Source: Candidatus Poseidoniaceae archaeon | GTDB taxonomy: Archaea > Thermoplasmatota > Poseidoniia > Poseidoniales > Poseidoniaceae | DNA length: 64,000 bases | Reading direction: 5' to 3' | Assembly: GCA_949373075.1 (NCBI GenBank) | Contig: CASIBX010000040.1 | Span: 6,686-70,685 of the forward strand | Shown: positions 1 to 8,864 of the stretch, in pieces | Layout of the letters: each line of letters begins with the position of its first letter | How positions within the stretch are numbered: position 1 is the stretch's first letter | Translations under genes and position numbers: made by a program | Notes under the pieces: model-generated | The model's input: the letters and a program-made list of their open reading frames with translations, nothing else | Told to the model about the DNA's origin: nothing | Databases searched by the model: none

Positions 1-413
1 AGCATTGACCATGTTCCAAGAATCAGACTCCATCCACCTTCTCCAGGTTCAACTAGATCTTTGTACCATTCATTAGTGATGAGTGATGTGAACCAATCTC
101 CAACACTTTCTTCTCCAATCAAGGATTTTGCTCCAGTAAATGTAATCAATCCGCATATAGTGATGAATATTGCATCGCTAGCAACGAATGCTGCTGCTGT
201 GTCTTTGTGCTCAAATGTTTGATTCCAATATTCGAAAGTTAGAAGTCCGCCCCATGATACTCGATAGTTTGGATGAATTTCTCCAATCAAGTTTAGTCCA
301 GCCAGTAATAATCCAAGGCTACCTAGCCAAAAATACCAGTTAGCAAGAGTCTTCGAAGGGTTTGTTATAATTCGGAACAAACTGTCCTCTGCATTCTCAC
401 TTTCTTTGCTCAT
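1..413 (-). CDS. hypothetical membrane protein, partial (3' end runs off the window)
   Basis: Not in the ORF track. Reading the reverse strand from ATG (411..413) gives MSKESENAEDSLFRIITNPSKTLANWYFWLGSLGLLLAGLNLIGE... The frame stays open to position 1 and includes hydrophobic helices. Confidence 0.4.
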   Translation of the reverse strand, partial: MSKESENAEDSLFRIITNPSKTLANWYFWLGSLGLLLAGLNLIGEIHPNYRVSWGGLLTFEYWNQTFEHKDTAAAFVASDAIFITICGLITFTGAKSLIGEESVGDWFTSLITNEWYKDLVEPGEGGWSLILGTWSM

Positions 414-477
414 GCGCCGTGCCACCTTGGACGCGGTTAAGAGGGTTGGCATAGCCCTGAAGGGGCTTGCAGCAAAC

Positions 478-1746
478 TCAGAGTTGACTCTGATGGCGGT
501 ACTTGGCAGAGAAAACCTCGGTTAGAATAGTCTCGGCTTTTGCCATTACATCACATGGGTCGATGTTAGTTGGAATGCATGAATTGATTTCCTTACTGCG
601 TCCATATCTTCCTCTTGAAATTGTTTTTGCGGTGACAAGACCAAGCATATCCAGATTTGAAATAATTCCCGAAATACGTCGTGCGGTTAGGAACTGTTGA
701 CCAATATGTGTACATGCTTGTTTGTAGATATGGTATACTTCTCCAGTCTGAATATTTCTGAGTCCGTTTTTCTCATTGATTAACACAGAAGCCAAAACTA
801 ATTTTTGCTGAGTTGGTAAAGTTCGAATCACTGGTGTTACCTGGTCGGATTCTATTTGGGCTTGAGCAATTCTTACGTGATTTTGTTCAACGACTTCCAG
901 ACCTTCTTGCTCAGCCTTTTCCGTAGACACTCGCAAAAGGTCTAGTGCACACCTAGCATCTCCATGTTCTTGAGCAGCTAGTGCGGCACACAATTCGATA
1001 ACGCCTGCCCCAATTGCTCCTTCAGCGATCCCAATACTTGCGCGTGAACGAAGAATATCTTGCAATTGTTCAGCGTTATATGGGTTGAATACGATATCTT
1101 GCTGACCCAATCTACTTCTTACTCTAGGGTCTAGGAAATCTGTAAACTTCAAATCGTTTGAAATCCCAATTACACAAGCCCTAGCATTATTGAGTTCAGC
1201 GTTAAGATTTGTAAGGTTGTAAAGAAGGTCATCTCCTGCTTTCTTTACTAGATGGTCTATTTCATCAAGAACCAATACGTAAACTCCGCCTCTTTCATTC
1301 ATGCGCTTTACCAATTCGGAGAACACTCTGTCAGTAGGCCATCCTGTAAATGGGATGTCGTCAATTTCATGTTCCTCAAGCAGTGCATTTCCCAAGTGAG
1401 ATAATACTCGATACTGGGTGTCTATTTGTCTGCAATTAACCATAACTGGGTGAACAAACCTTCCAATCGATTCTCCCTTTCTTTGGAGTTGGTCACAGAC
1501 ATATTTTGTGACGGCAGTCTTACCTGCGCCAGTGACTCCATACAGTATCATATTGGAAGGTATATCTCCCTTCAAGGCCTCTACTAAATTGAATGAAAGT
1601 TGGTCTCTTTCGTAGTCACGATGTGGTAGAGATTTCGGCTGGTGAGTGTGACGCAGTACTTCCTTCTGGACGAAAAGGGTTTTTTGATTAAGAATTCCAT
1701 CGAAAATATTTCGCTTCAAAAAATAACACCTCCTCGTTTTTGTCAT
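478..1746 (-). CDS. cdc6: Orc1/Cdc6 replication initiator (AAA+ ATPase with C-terminal winged helix)
   Basis: 422 aa. Walker A GVTGAGKT, Walker B VLVLDEIDHL, and the typical archaeal Cdc6 N-terminus (LPHRDYERDQL). ATG at 1744..1746. Confidence 0.95.
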   Translation of the reverse strand: MTKTRRCYFLKRNIFDGILNQKTLFVQKEVLRHTHQPKSLPHRDYERDQLSFNLVEALKGDIPSNMILYGVTGAGKTAVTKYVCDQLQRKGESIGRFVHPVMVNCRQIDTQYRVLSHLGNALLEEHEIDDIPFTGWPTDRVFSELVKRMNERGGVYVLVLDEIDHLVKKAGDDLLYNLTNLNAELNNARACVIGISNDLKFTDFLDPRVRSRLGQQDIVFNPYNAEQLQDILRSRASIGIAEGAIGAGVIELCAALAAQEHGDARCALDLLRVSTEKAEQEGLEVVEQNHVRIAQAQIESDQVTPVIRTLPTQQKLVLASVLINEKNGLRNIQTGEVYHIYKQACTHIGQQFLTARRISGIISNLDMLGLVTAKTISRGRYGRSKEINSCIPTNIDPCDVMAKAETILTEVFSAKYRHQSQL

Positions 1747-2132
1747 ACACGTTGTTGAACCGGTCTACGCCATGCGTGATGCCTTAAGGGAGTCCGAGTC
1801 CACCATATAAGGGTAGTCCAAGAAGTAGATTCAATAGTGAGGTTTTACTCACTTATTGCATTTCAATTGGGGGTATAAAAAGGAAGCCGTATTTTATTTC
1901 ATTACCTATTAAAAGGCTCCACTGTGAAGCCGATTTTTTTTCATTACGCCGGAACTTAATTTTCCTTCACTCCGATCTAGAATCTGTGTCTCCAAAACAC
2001 CAAATCGAAAGGATTAGGCGTAATTGCAAATTACCTAATCTTGTTGATTCTAAAATAAGGGACTGCTCCGCTTACTTTTAGGCCCCCCTAAACATGTCAC
2101 ACTTATGTGCGTTATTTTTACAATCTATATTA
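1747..2132. other. candidate replication origin (oriC) next to orc1/cdc6
   Basis: 386-bp non-coding AT-rich spacer directly upstream of cdc6. Direct repeats GAAGCCGTATTTTATTTCATTAC (1883..1905) and GAAGCCGATTTTTTTTCATTAC (1926..1947). ORB-like CTCCACTGTGAAG (1917..1929). A G-string (1869..1873) faces an inverted C-string (2083..2088) across the AT-rich core. A near-perfect 29-bp palindrome lies at 2012..2040. Confidence 0.4.
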
Positions 2133-2897
2133 TTACAAAATTTGCCCTTCAGAGTTGATGTCAAACTTCATCCCGTCTTCTCCGTGTATTACATTTTCAG
2201 GAAAATCAGGAACCTCTTTGGTAATTATCTGGTAATCTGAATCGATATATGTGTGAGTAATAACCATTTTTGTATTAGGATATTTTTTGGCTAATTCTGT
2301 AATATCACTTGGCTTGTGATGGTGTTCAGTGTTTACCCATTCGGGCACTCCCATCTCTACTATTGCAAAACTACACTTTCCTATCCGGTTCCACAAATCT
2401 TCGTAAGGTCCAGAATCTCCTGAATGAATCATCGACCACCCTTCATCATTAGTCATCATCCATCCATGGGGGTCAACTTCTGGATCATGAAGTACTTCGA
2501 ACCTCTCCATAGTCCATCCTTCGATATTTGGCACATCCACCCAATTAATTGTTTCAATAATTTCTTCAAGAGAGCCAGGGTAGGCTAAATTGCATAAATG
2601 GGTCAACCTTTCTCTGACGCCACTAGATCCTGCGACGGTTAGTTTCTTCAAACTCTCTCGGTCAGAAATATATTTTCGTTCCAGAAGTAAGAATGGAAAA
2701 CCAAATACGTGGTCTCCGTGTACGTGGGTGATTAGAATGGTGTCAATATCAGCAGGGCTAATTCCCGCCTTTCTCAAACTAGCTAATGCGGTTGGGGGGC
2801 AATCTACGATAATGTGTTTATCGATGACTGAGAAGGAATGTAGTCTTCCTGATGGCAAGAAAGCGTTACCGCTTCCGAGTAACTCCACGAGGACCAT
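2133..2897 (-). CDS. metallo-beta-lactamase fold hydrolase (RNase Z/PhnP-like)
   Basis: HxHxDH motif ITHVHGDHVFGF. Probable start is the internal Met MVLVELLGSGNAF (2897); the track ORF extends to 2936. Confidence 0.8.
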   Translation of the reverse strand: MVLVELLGSGNAFLPSGRLHSFSVIDKHIIVDCPPTALASLRKAGISPADIDTILITHVHGDHVFGFPFLLLERKYISDRESLKKLTVAGSSGVRERLTHLCNLAYPGSLEEIIETINWVDVPNIEGWTMERFEVLHDPEVDPHGWMMTNDEGWSMIHSGDSGPYEDLWNRIGKCSFAIVEMGVPEWVNTEHHHKPSDITELAKKYPNTKMVITHTYIDSDYQIITKEVPDFPENVIHGEDGMKFDINSEGQIL

Positions 2898-3021
2898 AGT
2901 CGGTGGAAGTACTTCAACTCTAAGACACCATCGCACCTAACATTCATCTATTCGGTTCAGGTCGCCCGAATCATAGCGAAGGTGGGCTGATTAGTGCTCG
3001 TGCTTACAGGATGTTACTCAA

Positions 3022-4824
3022 ATGTCTGAAAATCTAGATAAATCCCTTGCAATATTTTTCGGTACCCAAACTGGTAATGCTGAAGATTTAGCTATGCAAA
3101 CTAAGAAAATAGCAGACAAGATGGGACTGGAATCTACAGTTATTGATATGGATAATTATCCTGCCAATAATTTGCAAAATCACAAGAGAATATTGATTAT
3201 TACTTCTACTTGGGGTGAAGGTGAGATGCCTGATAACGCCGCAGAAATGTGGGATGACGTATGTGCAAAAACCCCATCTTTAGCGGGAGTAAATTACTCA
3301 GTATGTGCGATAGGTGATACATCTTATGATGAATATTGCCAAGCAGGCATAGATTGGGATAACAAGTTCAAAGAATTGGGCGCAAACCGAGTTTCTGATG
3401 TACAATTATGTGATGTGGACTTTGAACCGGAATGGAAGGTTTGGGTTGACAAGGTGATACCTGCTATGGCTTCAATTGAAATTACTCTCTCTGTTTCAGA
3501 ACCAGTTCAAGCCGCAGAGGTAGTGCAAGAGGCTCCAACAGAAGTAGCAGTAAGTACTGGCAAATCTGCATGGAGTGCTAAAAATCCATACATGTCTAAA
3601 ATCACTGAATGCTATCTTCTGAATGGTGAAGGCTCTAGAAAAGAGACCAGGCACATAGTTTTCGATTTAGGAGATTCTGGGCTAGATTACAAAGTAGGAG
3701 ATGCTTTGGGTGTTGTTTCAGAAAACCCTGAAGATACTGTTAATTTACTCATTGAAGCTGCAGGTTGGGATGAATCTCAAATGGTAACTACTCGCAGTGG
3801 TGACGTTACTCTCAAAGAGGCATTGAAGAAAGACTTTGAAATCCATCGTGTTAACAAGAAGTTCGTTAATTCGCTTTCTGAGAAAGTAACATCCAGTGGC
3901 ATGAGGATAACGGTCAAACTTATTGAAAGATATAGGGAGTCTGTTGCAGGAACAGGCTCTGATTGGATGGGAGGCGATGCCCCTCTCCAATCTGAATTAT
4001 TGTCTTCGATTCCAGGAGACGACCCTATTGGAAGAGTCGAATCACTTACTTCTGACGCTAAAGCGATGGAGGATTATATTTGGTCAAGAGATTACATTGA
4101 CGTGTTAAGGGATTTTGATGTTAATTATTCAGTAGAGGAGTTCTTTGATATTGCTGACAAATTAAAACCTCGTCTCTATTCAATCGCAAGTAGCCATGAT
4201 GCTCACCCTGGATTTGTAGAACTAACCGTTGGAATAGTCAGGTACTCTCACCATGGTCGCGAAAGAGGCGGGCTTTGCACAGTTTACATGGCCGACGAAG
4301 TCGAAGTCAATGAGACAGATGTTGGAGTGTTCATGTCTCCTACCAAATCATTCGTTCTTCCTGCAGATAAATCTACAGACATCATCATGGTTGGGCCTGG
4401 TACTGGAATTGCTCCTTTCAGGGCTTTCATGGAACAGCGTATACATGATGGAGGAGATGGAAAGAACTGGTTGTTCTTTGGCGATCAATCTGAGAAGACC
4501 GAATTCTATTACAAGGAATCGATTGAGTCTTGGTTAGATGAAGGTCACCTTTACGAATTTACAACAGCTTGGTCTCGGGACCAAGAAGAGAAAATCTATG
4601 TTCAGCATCGGCTCAAAGAGCATGGTGCTAGAATCTGGGAATGGTTTGAAAGAGGGGCCTATTTCTACATCTGTGGAGATAAGACCTACATGGCAAAAGA
4701 TGTCCATCGTGCATTGATAGACATAGCCAAGGAACATGGTGGGATGTCAGATGAAGATGCTACTTATTTCATTGAGAAAACAATGATGAAAGAAGAGAAG
4801 CGTTACCTTCGTGACGTCTACTGA
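3022..4824 (+). CDS. CysJ-like diflavin reductase (flavodoxin domain + FAD/NADPH ferredoxin-reductase domain)
   Basis: 600 aa. N-terminal flavodoxin motif IFFGTQTGNAEDLA, FAD motif RLYSIASS, NADPH motif GPGTGIAPFRAF, and C-terminal YLRDVY as in sulfite reductase flavoprotein / P450 reductase. Confidence 0.85.
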   Translation: MSENLDKSLAIFFGTQTGNAEDLAMQTKKIADKMGLESTVIDMDNYPANNLQNHKRILIITSTWGEGEMPDNAAEMWDDVCAKTPSLAGVNYSVCAIGDTSYDEYCQAGIDWDNKFKELGANRVSDVQLCDVDFEPEWKVWVDKVIPAMASIEITLSVSEPVQAAEVVQEAPTEVAVSTGKSAWSAKNPYMSKITECYLLNGEGSRKETRHIVFDLGDSGLDYKVGDALGVVSENPEDTVNLLIEAAGWDESQMVTTRSGDVTLKEALKKDFEIHRVNKKFVNSLSEKVTSSGMRITVKLIERYRESVAGTGSDWMGGDAPLQSELLSSIPGDDPIGRVESLTSDAKAMEDYIWSRDYIDVLRDFDVNYSVEEFFDIADKLKPRLYSIASSHDAHPGFVELTVGIVRYSHHGRERGGLCTVYMADEVEVNETDVGVFMSPTKSFVLPADKSTDIIMVGPGTGIAPFRAFMEQRIHDGGDGKNWLFFGDQSEKTEFYYKESIESWLDEGHLYEFTTAWSRDQEEKIYVQHRLKEHGARIWEWFERGAYFYICGDKTYMAKDVHRALIDIAKEHGGMSDEDATYFIEKTMMKEEKRYLRDVY

Positions 4825-5295
4825 TCAGGCTTCACCTTCGGGTGGAGTTGGAATCTCAACTGCATTGAGTCCTTTCTCACGCGCCCTTCTAATCATAATG
4901 GTGGTCCACTTTGATTTCGGTCCGGGGAATGCCAAAACGTGTGTGGCATGTTCTAACATTTTATCGCCTAGATTAGGTGATGCTTCAGGCCTTCCTGTAT
5001 CTTGTAGTCCCTTTCTGGGCTCATTCCATGCTTCTGAGAAAATGGCCATTGGTATAGCGTGGTTATTGGCCCACCTTTCAGAGAGGTAATCTACTCCACT
5101 TGCGCCACCAATAATGATTAAATCAGGATAGGCATTCCATTTTATCCATTGTTCTAGTTGATCTTCTAACCACTCGTAGTCGTAGAACCTTGAGTTGCCA
5201 CAAATAACTAGATTTACCACTCTTCCATCTTGATTGAGGTCACGGCCAGCAAGACGCTGGACCGTGGCTGCACCTGTATTTGTATCATCGGCCAT
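4825..5295 (-). CDS. DUF2493/SLOG-fold family protein
   Basis: Core LIIIGGASGVDYLSERWANNHAIPMAIFSEAW...LAFPGPKSKWTTIMIRRAREKGLNAVE resembles the DUF2493 (YspA/DprA-like SLOG) pattern. Probable ATG at 5295; the track start at 5334 is TTG. Confidence 0.5.
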   Translation of the reverse strand: MADDTNTGAATVQRLAGRDLNQDGRVVNLVICGNSRFYDYEWLEDQLEQWIKWNAYPDLIIIGGASGVDYLSERWANNHAIPMAIFSEAWNEPRKGLQDTGRPEASPNLGDKMLEHATHVLAFPGPKSKWTTIMIRRAREKGLNAVEIPTPPEGEA

Positions 5296-5436
5296 GTTTC
5301 CAAATTGTTTGCGTATGCTATAAGGCGAACCCAAGAATATTACTAATAGTTACATAATTGGGCAGTTTGCTTCCGTTATTCGGAGTTATCAAAGGGTCTT
5401 TTCAACTATGTTTCAACCGCTTTCATCATAGAATAG

Positions 5437-6795
5437 ATGCGGTTCGCCTCAATCATGGCATTCAAGCGCGTGCTAATTGCGAACCGCGGTGAAATCGCAT
5501 TAAGAATTCTTAGAACCCTTCGCGACATGGGTATTGAAGTAGCAATAATTCACGGCAGGGAAGACCGATTATCTCTGCCAGTGAGGTTTGCAGATATCGC
5601 TTATCCTATAATGCGCTCCAATCCACTGGATTCTTATCTGGACATCGAGGCGGTAGTTAAGGCCGCTAAAGATTTGAATTGTGATGCAGTTCACCCAGGA
5701 TATGGATTTCTTGCAGAGAATGCCAAGTTTGTTAAGAGGCTGGAAGAAGAAGGAATAACCTTCATTGGACCCACTGCGGATGTAATCACATTACTGGGAG
5801 ATAAAATTGAAGCAAGGGCTGCAATGGAGGCTGCTGGCCTGCCTACTGCAAAAGGAAGTAGTGAGCCAATATCATCTGCTGATGTCGCTAGTTCACTCGC
5901 CGATGAAATCGGTTATCCTGTAATTATCAAAGCCGCTGCTGGTGGCGGAGGAATCGGAATGCAGATAGTCAACAAAGCCGATGAATTTGAGAGTGCTCTC
6001 AAATTATGTCAAAGTCGTGCTAAGTCTGCATTTGGCGATAGCAGAGTTTTCGTTGAGAAATACATCGAAGGAGCTCAACACGTCGAATTCCAAGTTTTAG
6101 GAGATGGCAAGAAAGCCATTCACTTTGGAGAGCGATTTTGTTCTATTCAGAGGCGTCATCAAAAGTTGGTAGAGGAAGGACCATGGCTTAGTGATGAAAA
6201 ACGTGCAGAGATTGGTGCATTGGTTTGTTCAGGGGCCGAGTCCGTGGGTTACAAAGGTCTTGCAACATTTGAATTCTTGAGAGATAGTAATGGTGACTTT
6301 TACTTCCTAGAGGTTAACCCCCGAGTTCAAGTCGAACATACTGTTACAGAATTAATCACTGGCTACAACTTAGTTGAGTTGGGAATTAGAGTTGCCCAAG
6401 GGGAAGAACTTCCTCTTACTCAAGATGATGTAGTTATCAGAGGCCATGCCATTCAGTGCCGCCTAAATGCAGAAGACACAACGAATTTCATACCTTCACC
6501 TGGGCGCCTTTGGGAATGCCATTTCCCTTCTGGATTTGGAATACGTTGCGATACTCATGCTCATCCTGGTTACGAAATGCCGGGTTGCTTCGATAGTTTG
6601 CTAGCGAAATTACTAGCTTGGGGACCAGATCGTGAATCTGCGATTAAAAGAATGCGTACTGCTCTAGATGAAACGATAATCACTGGAGTAGACCACCTTA
6701 TTCCATTACACCGCAGAATAATGGATGAAGAGGATTTCTTGGCAGGAGATATCACAATTTCATATATCGATGAACACGCCCATCTCTTGGGATGA
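5437..6795 (+). CDS. accC: biotin carboxylase (acetyl-CoA carboxylase or pyruvate carboxylase A subunit type)
   Basis: KRVLIANRGEIALRI N-terminus, ATP-grasp glycine loop KAAAGGGGIGM, EVNPRVQVEHTVTE motif. Alternative start MAFKRVLIANRGE at 5455. Confidence 0.9.
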   Translation: MRFASIMAFKRVLIANRGEIALRILRTLRDMGIEVAIIHGREDRLSLPVRFADIAYPIMRSNPLDSYLDIEAVVKAAKDLNCDAVHPGYGFLAENAKFVKRLEEEGITFIGPTADVITLLGDKIEARAAMEAAGLPTAKGSSEPISSADVASSLADEIGYPVIIKAAAGGGGIGMQIVNKADEFESALKLCQSRAKSAFGDSRVFVEKYIEGAQHVEFQVLGDGKKAIHFGERFCSIQRRHQKLVEEGPWLSDEKRAEIGALVCSGAESVGYKGLATFEFLRDSNGDFYFLEVNPRVQVEHTVTELITGYNLVELGIRVAQGEELPLTQDDVVIRGHAIQCRLNAEDTTNFIPSPGRLWECHFPSGFGIRCDTHAHPGYEMPGCFDSLLAKLLAWGPDRESAIKRMRTALDETIITGVDHLIPLHRRIMDEEDFLAGDITISYIDEHAHLLG

Positions 6796-6799
6796 TAAT

Positions 6800-7726
6800 A
6801 TGGATGTACTAATCGTTGGCAGTCTAGCCTACGACTCTCTAGAAACCCCTTTTGGAGCCAGAGAGGATGAACTTGGAGGTTCTGCTTCATATGGTGGATT
6901 TTCTGCTGCCTTTCACAATAGGAGACTAGAGGGTAAAGGCGTTGGCTTAGTGGGTGTAATCGGTGAAGATTTCAAACCTGAGCATCTAGAATGGTACAAT
7001 TCAGCGGGGTTGAATGTAGATGGAATTGAGTCAACAGGAGGTCAAACCTTCCGTTGGAAGGGTTCCTATCACGGTGACATGTCCGAGGCTGTAACGCATG
7101 AAACCCATCTCAATGTATTCGAAAACTTCCAGCCCAAAGTTCCTCTCAGCCACACTTCACCGAAGGTGTTGATGTGTGCTAATTTACATCCTTCTTTACA
7201 ATCTTCAGTATTGTCTCAAGCCAAAGCTAGGAGAATCTCAATATTGGATTCAATGAATTTATGGATTGATATAGCCCTCGATGAATTATTAGATGTAATA
7301 CGAAATGTTGATCTCGTCGTACTCAATGATGCAGAGGTTAGGATGCTGGCTTCAGATGACAATTTAGTAACAGCTGCAAAGAGCGTTCTTAAATTAAAAA
7401 ATGGTGGAATGTTAGTGGTTAAACGCGGTGAGCACGGCGTACTAGCACTACATCCAGACGGTCTAATTTCAATGCCCGCGTTCCCAACTTCAAATCTTAC
7501 AGACCCCACCGGTTGCGGCGATTCATTTGCAGGAGCATTATCTCAGATTTTAGCCCAAGGTAAAGGAGAAGTTTCTCGCAAAGAATTAGCAGAATCATTA
7601 GTTCATGCCACAGTTACTGCTTCGTTCACAATCGAGAATTTTGGAACTGAAAGATTAAGAAATTTAACGATTGAAGAATATGAAAACCGTCTTTCAGAGT
7701 TTAGAATTATCTCTAACACTTCTTGA
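6800..7726 (+). CDS. PfkB-family carbohydrate/nucleoside kinase
   Basis: Ribokinase-like fold with the C-terminal signature DPTGCGDSFAGAL. ATG at 6800 sits 5 nt after the accC stop; the track ORF start at 6725 overlaps accC. Confidence 0.8.
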   Translation: MDVLIVGSLAYDSLETPFGAREDELGGSASYGGFSAAFHNRRLEGKGVGLVGVIGEDFKPEHLEWYNSAGLNVDGIESTGGQTFRWKGSYHGDMSEAVTHETHLNVFENFQPKVPLSHTSPKVLMCANLHPSLQSSVLSQAKARRISILDSMNLWIDIALDELLDVIRNVDLVVLNDAEVRMLASDDNLVTAAKSVLKLKNGGMLVVKRGEHGVLALHPDGLISMPAFPTSNLTDPTGCGDSFAGALSQILAQGKGEVSRKELAESLVHATVTASFTIENFGTERLRNLTIEEYENRLSEFRIISNTS

Positions 7727-7765
7727 TTGCAGTATGCTCAAGAACAGAGGGCAACTCGCAAGGCC

Positions 7766-8785
7766 ATGACCGTACTCAATATCGCAATGGTAGGTAGCGA
7801 TGATTTAGCAAAATCAATCGCCAAAGCCACAGATCAGCGCGATGTTCACACCTATGTTCACAAAGAATCTGGAGCCGATGGGCCTCGGATTCTATCTATC
7901 ATTAGACCAGCTAAAATGCCGGAAAGAATTCGTCCATTTTTCAATGCGCTATGTGCTGCTAGAGTTGGACTGATTGAAGTTACAGAGATTAATGCAGCAT
8001 TCGGAGAAGTTCTGGTTGGTTTTGCATCCGCTGGTGTGGAAAAAGGAATTATGGTAATTAATCCGCCCGAGGGAGAATGGATTGACGAAGACCAAGTAAA
8101 GGGTTTCTTAACTCAAGCAGGTTTGAAGTCTTGGACGCAGTGTGGCAATGACGGTATTGAGATTCGTCATGCGCTATACGGGTTGATGGATGAAATTTCA
8201 GGTGATTTGGAATCGGCCAAAAAAGAACCATTGGTAGTCCCAATCGATCAACATTTCAACGTCAAAGGAATCGGCCTTGTAGCGATAGGTTATGTTCAAT
8301 CGGGTTCAGTTTCTGTTCATGACGAGTTGCACCTTTTGCCTGCTGAAGGTCCTGGTACAGTGAAGAGTTTGCAAGTAATGGATGACGATGTATCAGAAGC
8401 AGTTGCTGGTGACAGAGTTGGAATCGCATTAAGAAATACGAAAGAAGACCACTTGACAGGGGGTTCTCTAATTATTCATCCAGCGGTGGAGGACAAAAAC
8501 AAGGGCATCTCAATACCCCTGTCTTTAGATGAACACAAAAAGAGTTCATTGGAACTATCGGTATCTCCATTCCAAAAAAGAAATTTGGCAGTGGGTGATG
8601 TAGTCCACGCTAGTGTGGATTTACAATTTGTCGTTGGTAGGGTCGAATCGATAGACTCAGGACTTGAAGTTACTTGGGAATCTCCCCTATTTATTCGTAA
8701 AGAAAACCCCCCTACTGTAATCATTGCACAATTGGATTCCAAGCCTAGAATTATGGGTAGTGCAAAACTAACTCGGCTTAATTGA
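7766..8785 (+). CDS. EF-Tu/SelB-like protein with a degenerate GTPase domain and an intact beta-barrel domain II
   Basis: Domain II pattern FNVKGIGLVAIGYVQSGSVSVHDELHLLP...GDRVGIALRN. The P-loop reads GSDDLAKS (second Gly replaced by Ala). I could not see DxxG or NKxD motifs. ATG at 7766; the track start at 7727 is TTG. Confidence 0.6.
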   Translation: MTVLNIAMVGSDDLAKSIAKATDQRDVHTYVHKESGADGPRILSIIRPAKMPERIRPFFNALCAARVGLIEVTEINAAFGEVLVGFASAGVEKGIMVINPPEGEWIDEDQVKGFLTQAGLKSWTQCGNDGIEIRHALYGLMDEISGDLESAKKEPLVVPIDQHFNVKGIGLVAIGYVQSGSVSVHDELHLLPAEGPGTVKSLQVMDDDVSEAVAGDRVGIALRNTKEDHLTGGSLIIHPAVEDKNKGISIPLSLDEHKKSSLELSVSPFQKRNLAVGDVVHASVDLQFVVGRVESIDSGLEVTWESPLFIRKENPPTVIIAQLDSKPRIMGSAKLTRLN

Positions 8786-8800
8786 ACAACTGCCAAGAAC

Positions 8801-8820
8801 GGCCCCCCTATGGGGGGGCC
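8801..8820 (+). terminator. GC-only hairpin 16 nt after the stop codon (possible terminator or RNA-stability element)
   Basis: GGCCCCCC-TATG-GGGGGGCC: an 8-bp all-G:C stem with a 4-nt loop. No T-tract follows. Confidence 0.35.
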
Positions 8821-8864
8821 AAACGGTGGGTTGATAACCTCGGGTTCAAGTTCATCGGTTCGGG

